A stretch of DNA of 64,000 nucleotides from NCBI RefSeq assembly GCF_026210795.1, contig NC_089436.1, positions 1,984,001 through 2,048,000 on the forward strand, in the 5' to 3' direction. The DNA is from Rhizophagus irregularis. Lineage: Eukaryota. Shown here piece after piece: positions 54,963 to 64,000 of this stretch (positions are counted from its first letter, which is position 1; every line of letters starts with the position of its first letter). The notes beneath the pieces were generated by a model. It saw only the letters and a program-made list of their open reading frames with translations. It did no database searches and was not told the DNA's origin. The position numbers and the translations under genes were made by a program.

Positions 54963-55308
54963 AGTTTATGACTACTCCTAGTTTTGACAAAAATATGAAT
55001 AAAAAAAAATATGTGAAAAAGGTGATTAAAAAGTGAAAAATATATAAAAAAAATATTGTTACCGAGATGTGAAATAACTGGGATTGCTATGATGAAATGA
55101 ATAAAATATAAACACCATAACAGGACTGATGTGTGACGGGTGGCCACGTGGGTGTATTAAACAAGATACGAACCAGCATTCAATCTAAATTTAGTTATAA
55201 GGCCTGATGATCATGTCCAAATTAAAATATTATTTATTAAAAAGAGTATCTAAAAAAAGTTTTTTATCTAAATACGAATTTTTTTTTTTTTTGAGGAGTA
55301 TATTTTCT

Positions 55309-55872
55309 GATAAAAAAAAAATTTATTTTTCGGTCAAAAAAAAAAAAAAAAAATTTATTTTTTCCGGTCAAAAAAAAAAAAATTTATTTTTTTCGGTCAA
55401 AAAAAAAAAAATTTATTTTTTTCCGGTCAAAAAAAAAAAATTTATTTTTTCGGTCAAAAAAAAAAAATTTATTTTTTTTCAAGGTCAAAAAAAAAAAAAA
55501 TTTATTTTTTCCGGTCAAAAAAAAAAAAATTTATTTTTTTCCGTCAAAAAAAAAAATTTATTTTTTTTAGAACCAAAAAAAAAAAAATTTATTTTTTTCG
55601 GTCAAAAAAAAAAAATTTATTTTTTTCGGTCAAAAAAAAAAAAATTTATTTTTTTCGGTCAAAAAAAAAAAAATTTATTTTTTCGGTCAAAAAAAAAAAA
55701 ATTTATTTTTTTCCGGTGAAAAAAAAAAAAATTTATTTTTTTCGGTCAAAAAAAAAAAAATTTATTTTTTTCCGGTCAAAAAAAAAAAAACTTTATTTTT
55801 TTCCGGTCAAAAAAAAAAAAAAAATTTATTTTTTTTCGGTCAAAAAAAAAAAAAAAATTTTTTTATTTTTTT
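55309..55872. repeat. Minisatellite, ~19 units of (C)CGGTC-A(11-17)-TTTA-T(6-8)
   Basis: Directly visible tandem array of ~28-35 bp units. Confidence 0.95.
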
Positions 55873-58311
55873 ATAGATAACCTTAACTGTTAATATATAT
55901 TTTGAGTTTGGTAAGTTCTTAGAAAAAAGGTTTCATTAAGAAATGTTCAAAGAATGGACTTGAAGCCTTGTTAATGGTGTAATGGAAAACTAATGAGAGT
56001 CTATTGGGAGCGTATATTCATCATTAACATGGTCATTTTTTTTGTTTATAGGAAATAGATTTGGAGATCTTAATAGGAACGTATTCTTGTCTTTAACCTG
56101 AAGTAGAATTATGATCCAGATGATTTATGGCCACATTTTAATAATTATATACGTCTTTGATTAATAAAAGAATTATTTTTTTTTAAGATCTCTTATAAGT
56201 ATACCTCAATATATATATAATTTGATGAATTTAAATATCTCATCCAAAAACAAAAAAGAAAAGAAAAATTAGTAAGTTAATCAAAAATCAGAAATATTCA
56301 TCCGTATAGATAATAAAATTCAATCTGTTTTGATTATGTTTATTTTTATACTTTAATTAATAAAATAATTCATTTATTAGGGTCATCCTATGATGTTGAA
56401 TAATGACCTGCTGGTTATGCATAATTTAAGAAATGCGGGGTATTACATTCCAAATATTGATTGAGGATATTTAAAAATGTTGATCTTAGTTAATCATCCA
56501 GATCGAAACTCTAACCTAAAGAAATGTTAAAAAATGGACTGACGAGTTTCTAGGTAAATTATAATAACGGTATATATTTGACATTTAACCTAAATTAATA
56601 TTGTTTAACATTTCTTTTTTATTTATTCTTATAGAGAACAGATTGAGATCTTGCGTAAATTGTAATAGGAACATGCACTTGTCTTTGACTAAGAAATGTT
56701 AAAAAATGGATCGAGATCTTGTAAGTTTATAATAGTTACAGTATGTATATTTAGCATTGATCTAAAGACACATTACATTGTTAGTGTTTTTTTCTTTATT
56801 TTTATAGGGAACCTTATGTACAGTAAATTGTAATAAAAAACGTGATTGTCATTAAACCTAAAGAAATATTAGAAATGGACCTGGAATCCTTAGATAAGTT
56901 GTATGTTCGTTTTTTGCTAAAGCTCTGTTAGTTAGAAGAATAAACTTATTATCTTTTTTATTTATTTTTTTAACCATATAGAAATAAATTTTTTTATTTC
57001 TTTAATTTAGATGTCATCAATTTATCGATGATAGCAATTATCCTCATATTAAATATATGGCCTCTAACAATTAACAAACTGTTACATATCAATGCATTAA
57101 CTTTCATAATACGAAGGGCATAAAATCTTTATTTTACTTATGTAAATTTACTATATTTTATAATACTTTAAATAAAATCTTCATCAGTTTTATAATAAAC
57201 TACCAAAGATAAAAAAACAAATCATAGATCAATAATTGCAAATTTAAAAATGGATAAACGATACTTTTTATGATAGTAAGATGGTGTAAAAAACATTTAT
57301 TTTTATTTTTTTATTATGTCTATAGATATCTTTTTATTTGGCTAACGTTTAAATATTTTTTATGGTAATTACAAACAAAAAATAAATTTCAAATATCTAA
57401 ATTTATGTAAGTTCATCTTGATTTAAGAAACCTATAATTCAGAATTGACTTCGTATCATTTTTGTATTAATATTAATTTTAAATTCTGGCCAAAATTATG
57501 CTAATTCTGGCCAAAATTTATATCACGTTAAATTGTATTTTTTAAAAGTTAAATCTACTTATCTGGTTATTGTATTTCACATCCTAATTTTGCTGCATCT
57601 TTTTTAGTATAAAATTCAACATATTTAGACAATGAATCAAATTCGCCGATATGTTGAGTATGTAAATGTAATTATTATGATATCATTATATTTAATTAAT
57701 AAGATACAATATTTTTATATTATTTTTCAATTTAGCAATTTTATTATATTAATATTATTTTAGCATTTTATTAGTTAATATTACTAATTTTGGTAATTTT
57801 GTCATATTAAAATTATTTTGTTATTTTTGACAAATCTGATATATTTTTAACATTTTAATATGATAAAATTCACTATTTTTAGCATACACTTTTAATTGCA
57901 AAATCAACTTTCTAATTCATTATTTTTGACAAATAATTTTATTTAAAAATTTAGTAGACTAATTTATCTGCTAAATTTCTTCTAAACTATTTAATAATAA
58001 AAATAAAATATAGTTTATTAAAATCAATTTATTAAGATAAATTCAATAGTAATAATCAATAGATTTAGATTTACTATATTTAAAAATAGAGTGTTGCTAA
58101 ATTTTCTCCAGTGGTGAAATCACTCAGGTGAAATCACTTAAGTGATTTCATCTATATAATAGTACAAATTATAAATTATTAATTTTTATCATGTGATTTT
58201 ATTGTATTACATATTAAAAAAAAATGCGTTACATTTAAAAAAAAAATTTTATTTACATATTATAATAGCATTTATTAAAAAAATTTAAACTTTTTAAACA
58301 TTATTTGGACA

Positions 58312-61300
58312 TCATGAAGCATAATGTCCAACTTGATTACATTTTTTACAACGTCTTTCTCTTTTTTTATCTTTTTGGCCTGTTATAACCTTTTCATTAT
58401 CTTTATTCGTAATATGATTTGTTATATCTTGAATACGTCTCACTTTCTTTTTTTGAGGTTCACCACATGATTTGTATCTGTTAGGTTGTCGACTTTTATG
58501 TCTTACCCGTAATAGATCACCAATATGCATAAAAATTGCATTTTCCTGTTATTCAGATAGGTCTACTTTTACGTTTTCAATAAAATATTCCATTTGATTG
58601 ATAAATTCATTGACTTTATCAGTCTGAACAGCTATATCAAGAGCCTTTTTGGCATATGATATATTAAATCCATACTTTTGTTTAGGATCTCTGGATTGTA
58701 CAATACTAGGGGTTTTTCTAAAATTCGCCAAATGTTGATCCAATTCATTTTCTTCTATTTGGTATATTGGTTCCTTATGTTGTTCAGTATTATACTTATT
58801 ATAATTATACCATCTTCAAAGTATAAGAGATATATAAAACTGTGCATTATTTGAATAAAACATTATTCAAAAGAAGTGTCTACACACTATTCCTCTGTTA
58901 ATAAGCCATAAATAGGTACATAAATGTGAACTGTCATCAAGTAAAATAACATATTGTAGTTCTGATTTTTGTTCACAATGTCTAGTTACTTTCCATACTT
59001 GCTGAATACTATTATGAGCTATATTTTCAATTAAAAAAGAGAATAATGATTGAGGTTAGTCATAATCATCTTCTCTGGCCATTTCTTGCTGATAAGAATC
59101 GTCTACTATCTATTAAAAAGAAACAAAAAATAGGGGAAGTATTTTTTTTAGTTATATGTCCTTACAAATTCCTCTTTTGTTGATTATTAGTAATAAAATA
59201 CTTATATCTAAAAGTAGTAACCAATCTTTAATCAATACCACATCATAGCATAATGATTGCGCTATTTGATCACGTTGTTTTTGAAGAATTTGCGATATTA
59301 AATATTCTCACAGAATTTTATTAAGTTCTGAAAAATATTCGTTCATTACTGAAGGTATTTCTCTAGTAGGAATTTCATTTTTACATTCATTTAATATCAC
59401 TTTTTTTGATTGTTAATCAAAAATTTTTGAATTTCTCCAATAATATTAGTTAGACATGAGGATCTATTTAATTTATCCTTGATTATTTTATTAGTAGCCT
59501 CTACCCGTTACGTACTTTGTATTCTGGCGGTAAAATTGTGATTGATAATATGACGAGCCAACTATTTTTACATGGATATAAAACTCTTGTAAGGTATTGT
59601 TCACAGGCTGTAAATTCTTTAATAAGTTCATTCCATTTTCGTTCAAATATTTTTTGACATAAAGAGTTGCGCATTTCCAGAAATTTACAACGAAAAGATT
59701 TAAATTGATCACGCAATTTTCCTTTAAGTTTTTTTCTCAGATTTAGATCTATATGAAAGATACAATAGAAATGGTATATTTCTGAATAATTCATTTTTAC
59801 AGCTGATATTAATGCTAGATTAGCGTCAGAGTATATGACATTTAGTGTAATATAACAAGAATTCAATGGCTCATTATCTTCCGAAGCTTCTGGTATTGAC
59901 GTTTGTTTTTGAATTTTAGTAGAACCGGAACCAGAAGCTGCGGATTCCTGTTTCGACGTTTGTTTTTGAGTTTTGGTAGAACCAGAACCGTAAGCTGCGG
60001 ATTATTGTTTCGATATTGACGTTTATTTTTTAATTCTTGTAAAACCCATGCAAAAGTAATTTCTGTCTCATCTTCCAAAATCGCTGCTGCTATGATCACA
60101 TTTCTAAAATTATTATCAACTGCAATAATTAACATTAATATCATATTAAATTGATTAGTTTTTGACATCGTATCAACAATTATAATGTCTTGATATTTTT
60201 CATAAGCATCTATTTGATTGAGTGATATTCAAAACAATAAATTTAACCTTCTTTCTTCATGATCAAAGCGTGGCTTTATGATCCATCTTGGATCTTTTTC
60301 TTTTTTTAAATACAATTTGGTAAGCATTTGACATGCATCATTTTTATCAGAGTTTACTTTTTTTTGAATCTTTGAATAGCATTACTTAAATCCTTTTTGT
60401 TAATTACATTATTTGGAAATAAAGCTACTAGCAGGTTATATTGAGTTGATACACCCATTTTTCCATGAATTGTCCAAAATTCTATCTGCATAAGCATTTT
60501 ATTAGTTAATTTTTGAAACCTTGGTGCTAATTCAGCAATGAGTGGATTCATATTATGATTATGATTACCAATTATACTATTAATACGAACACCATTTCCA
60601 GATTTGAGAAAAGTAAGATTAACATGCCAAGAGCATCCCGTCATTTCTAAATCTCTATCTCTTCTGTTTTCAGCCAAAATGACTTTTTGGGCTTCGTGAG
60701 TATTAGCTTGTGAACATTCATATGTTCTACGTCTTGTGATTGTATTATTATTTGGATCTTGTATACACCTTTTTTTCCAAAAACAAAATTTCTGATATTT
60801 TGCATATTTGTCAAGATATGATTCTACAAGCTTCCTAGTTTTAAATTTTCCAAATTCCATTCCCCTGACTTAATTTTAAATGATTTTCTTCATCTATTTC
60901 ATACTCACTACTATCATATTCACAGGTCGAAAAGTGAAAAATCAGGCATCAATTAGTTACTAATCGGTCACCAATCAGGTGATTCGATTAGACCACTATG
61001 ACTGATTGGCATTTTTGCCAAATACTGTCACCAATCAAGCAGTTTGCTAACTTTTTATCCAGTGATCAGAAAAGAATGAAATATAGCTCATTGGAATCAT
61101 CTTAACAAGACGAATCTAATGGTAGTAAAATCGCATCTCTAGGATTAATAGTTAATAAAAAATTAAATAAAATATAAATGATACATTTTTATTTTTATAT
61201 TTTACTTAATTTCTTATCAAGTATTAATCCTAGAAATGAGATTTTACTACCATTAGATTCGTCATGTTGAGACGATTCCAATGAGCTATATTTCATCCTT

Positions 61301-61680
61301 TTCTGATCACTAGATTAAAAGTTAGCAAACTGCTTGATTGATACGTATTTGGTGAAAGTACACTTAGGCACCGATTGGTGCCTGATTTTTCACTTTTCAA
61401 CCTGTAATTCTTCTTGATGATTAACATTTCCATCACATTCTTCTAGATTTCCTATTTGAGTTTCGTTATATACTTTATGACTTTCAAAAAATAGATTAGA
61501 AGAATCGTCATATAAATCAGATATCAGCAAGTTAGAAGAGTCATACAATAAATTATAATAAACATTAGATAACAAGTCAGAACCGCTATATGAAGAATCA
61601 TAATAGGAGTTGAACAATATATCAGAACTATCACACAAAGAGTCATAAGGAAAGTTTATATTTAAAATAGCGGTTTTCAT
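58312..61680 (-). pseudogene. MULE/FAR1-like transposase relic; the element probably spans ~58090-62100
   Basis: FAR1 domain (RRRTYECS..TGCSWHVN..HNHNM), MULE core (IIVDTMSKTNQFNMIL, ILEDET..F.W, IYSDA, HFYCIFHI), SWIM remnant (CTYLWLINRGIVCRHFF), terminal CKKCNQVGHY knuckle. AGGTGA(A/T)ATCACCT repeats lie at both flanks (~58110-58150 and ~61920-62080). Confidence 0.85.
60921..61406. mobile_element. Nearly fully palindromic foldback element (~486 bp) inserted in the MULE ORF
   Basis: CACAGGTCGAAAAGTGAAAAATCAGGCA ... TGCCTGATTTTTCACTTTTCAACCTGTA with ATT (or ATTC) duplicated. Removing it restores CAA GAA GAA TAT GAT in the host frame. Confidence 0.88.
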
Positions 61681-62649
61681 TAATAATTTTAAGTAAGTTC
61701 TGTTGGCAGATATAATTAGAGAAAATAATGTTTTAGAGACAGAATACAGGCAAGATATAGATTGTTTTTTATGCTACAGATAAAATGTTTTTTGGGTTTG
61801 GAACTGAAACAACACACTAGAGTGTGAAGTTTTTTTGAAATGGAAGGCTTAGATTACATCATTTACACAAACAATAGCAATCATTATAAACATTATATCA
61901 TCGCGTAATATTCTGTTGATTTAGGTGTTATCACCTGAGTGAAATCACCTACTATATGGTATATCGAAATTAATAAAATTAATAAAATATATTAAATTAT
62001 AAAATTAATCAGATGATTTCACCTATCAGACAAAATAAAATTATTAATTGATCAGGTGATATCACCTGAGTTATTTTACCTCAGGTTAAAAGTTAAAAAT
62101 ATATAATATTATTATTAAATTTATTTTTATAAAATATTTCCAATAATAAGTTGTATTTTATCTTTTTATAATTATATACTAGATGGCTAAAAATTTTATT
62201 TACAGGTAAATTTAATTGTAAAGATTTATAAATAATAGATAAAATTAAATTATAAAAAGTTTTAATATATAATAAGTAATAAATTATGTATTATTCTAAT
62301 AGTTGGATAATGGTTTGAAAAATGCTTTTCAAACTAATTATTCAAACAAATTTTTTCATCTACATATATGATTTATACTTTTTTTTTTTATTTTAATATA
62401 GTATGTCTGGTTAAAATTTTATTAAAATTGTAACAGTATAAAAATATAAATATACAAAAGTTTTTCACTTCCACTATATAATAAAAATGTTCGAGGCATC
62501 TTATATTAAATAATCTTACTAATAAAAAAAAGAAATAAAATGAAAATAAAAATAAAAATAAAATAAAAGGGTTAAGGTTGACAATGAAACCACTCTACTA
62601 TATTTACACTTCTAAAATTAGGCTTCATTAATTATTCTGTTGAATTTCT

Positions 62650-64000
62650 TAAAATACTTCTAATTTTCTTAGCATTGATTTAATATTAGCTAAAACTATA
62701 AGTTTGTTGATACTACTGTCTAAGCTCTTATCAATTTTCTTAGTTTACTTAGCCATTTTATATTTTTTGTCCAACCTAATTGTGTTAGTATTTTTCTGAG
62801 ATACCTTAGAAACATCATCTTGCTTCACTTTTTAATGGTGATTTCTTTTTTATTTTAAATTAGAAATACCTTTTTCAATCACCAATAAATTTGCTTAAAC
62901 TGAAAATTTTACTAATGACTTTATCCAAATTAGCCCATGATTTGTAGTAAGTTATTAACTTGCAGGTACCTTTATTTTGAATTAATTTAAATGCTTTACA
63001 TCCTGTAGGTATAATTACTGAGTGGATAGGGTTATTCAGATATAAGAATGCAATGATGGTAGAAGCAGAAACTTTTATTAACACTGTCTGGAATCTTTTC
63101 TGTTCTTTTCTTTGTTTGAGATTCCAGTTAGTCAGAAATTATCATGGGTAAACCTTTAAGTGGAGCAGTTCAGGTTTCACTATTCTATAGATTTATTGCC
63201 ACTTTATTGAAATCCACTGATACAGTTATAGTAGTGTATTTCTATTGCGATTTTAATTTAATCATAATTATTTAACCCTAGGCTTTTAAATGATTAAGCA
63301 TATTAAAGTGGATCTGTTTGAAAGGGATATCATAAACTGTAATTTTACAGATATAATTTTTAATTTCAGAATTATATCCAGTCATTATAGTGCTAATAGT
63401 TTTGGCTGGTTGTTTTTTGAAGGTTTTACAATTGTTACTAGTTGGATTAGTTTTTAAAATGGACGCAGTTTTTTTTTTTATTCATAATAAGGAAAAGGTG
63501 AGCTTGGTTTGCTAAAGTTACTATTTGAATCCTATTTAATTACTTCTGCATAGAAAATTTGCTTAGTTCCTTTTTCTTTAGAAGTAAAAGGCATGGCATT
63601 TACTTTAAGAGTTACAGGTAACACTTCAATTTGTACTGCTTTTTTTTTAATTTATGTTACATTTATATTCATAGGTGATTAGTGTCATATTTATTGAGGT
63701 GTTTTCTGTAGAACTGGATATATAATTAGATTGTCAGTTATGATGACATCAACAAACTATTTTTCCAACTTTCATCAACTTTCTGATTAATTAAGAGCTA
63801 AAAGTGTTGAAAATATGTAAGTACAATAAAGAGAAAGTGAAAGAGTTTGTTAAGATTCTTCACTCCAAAGGTTGTAAAAATGTCTTTGAACTTTAAAAAG
63901 AAAGCTTCATAGGAGGCTAAATCTTCTCTGCTACTTCACTTATATTATTAGCATTGTATTTACTTAGATTAACCCTTAAAAAATCAAAAAAAGAACTATT
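62650..64000 (-). pseudogene. Decayed ORF, possibly ORF1/gag-like of a non-LTR retrotransposon
   Basis: Interrupted coding-like sequence reading ..NWNLKQRKEQKRFQTVLIK..GCKAFKLIQ..KLITYYKSW. This resembles LINE ORF1-like repeats of AM fungi as I recall them; no RT is visible in the window. Confidence 0.35.

Larger units (their letters stand above)
50602..57653. mobile_element. RAG1/Transib/Chapaev-like two-gene transposon, copy 2 (decayed; contains a MITE and a satellite)
   Basis: Left end CATATGCGCGAATTTAGTTCAT, right end ATGAATCAAATTCGCCGATATG. Same gene order and intron as copy 1. Confidence 0.85.

Noticed and set aside
55207..55719. 170-aa K/F-rich ORF
   Set aside because: It is just a translation of the A/T-tract minisatellite.
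55309..55872. CRISPR-like array
   Set aside because: No unique spacers, only homopolymer length variation; eukaryotic context with no cas genes.

Overview
Very AT-rich, intron-rich eukaryotic DNA. Gene content, short GT-AG introns and transposon types suggest a fungus, most like Glomeromycota (Rhizophagus-type); this is an inference. About 1-39.2 kb is gene-rich: FAD synthetase, a C9orf78/Tls1-like protein, trifunctional HIS4, RHO3, a UBL-WLM protease, an FTR1 iron permease, an ADP-ribosyltransferase-fold protein, a C2H2 zinc-finger gene with decayed neighbours, two paralogous P450s around a GDPD, a tiny YABBY/HMG-like gene missed by the ORF track, and UTP13. It is interrupted at about 7-13 kb by a repeat island with a ~1.1 kb tRNA-headed SINE (13-bp TSD), a decayed copy of it and a TA-flanked MITE. 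From about 39.3 kb to the end is a nest of mobile DNA. The main result is two copies (41112-47584 apparently intact, 50602-57653 decayed) of a ~6.5 kb terminal-inverted-repeat transposon. It carries a 735-aa transposase with every catalytic and Zn-binding motif of the RAG1/Transib/Chapaev fold behind an FYR-like N-terminal domain, tail-to-tail with a 204-aa C2H2 zinc-finger partner gene. Its termini are CATAT...ATATG and the target duplication appears to be only 1 bp. Also present: a DD35E Tc1/IS630 element, a MULE/FAR1-like relic, foldback MITEs sharing a recombinase-site-like palindrome, a ~30-bp satellite and tandem exon-intron repeat units. All family calls come from motif recognition by eye; no database search was run.
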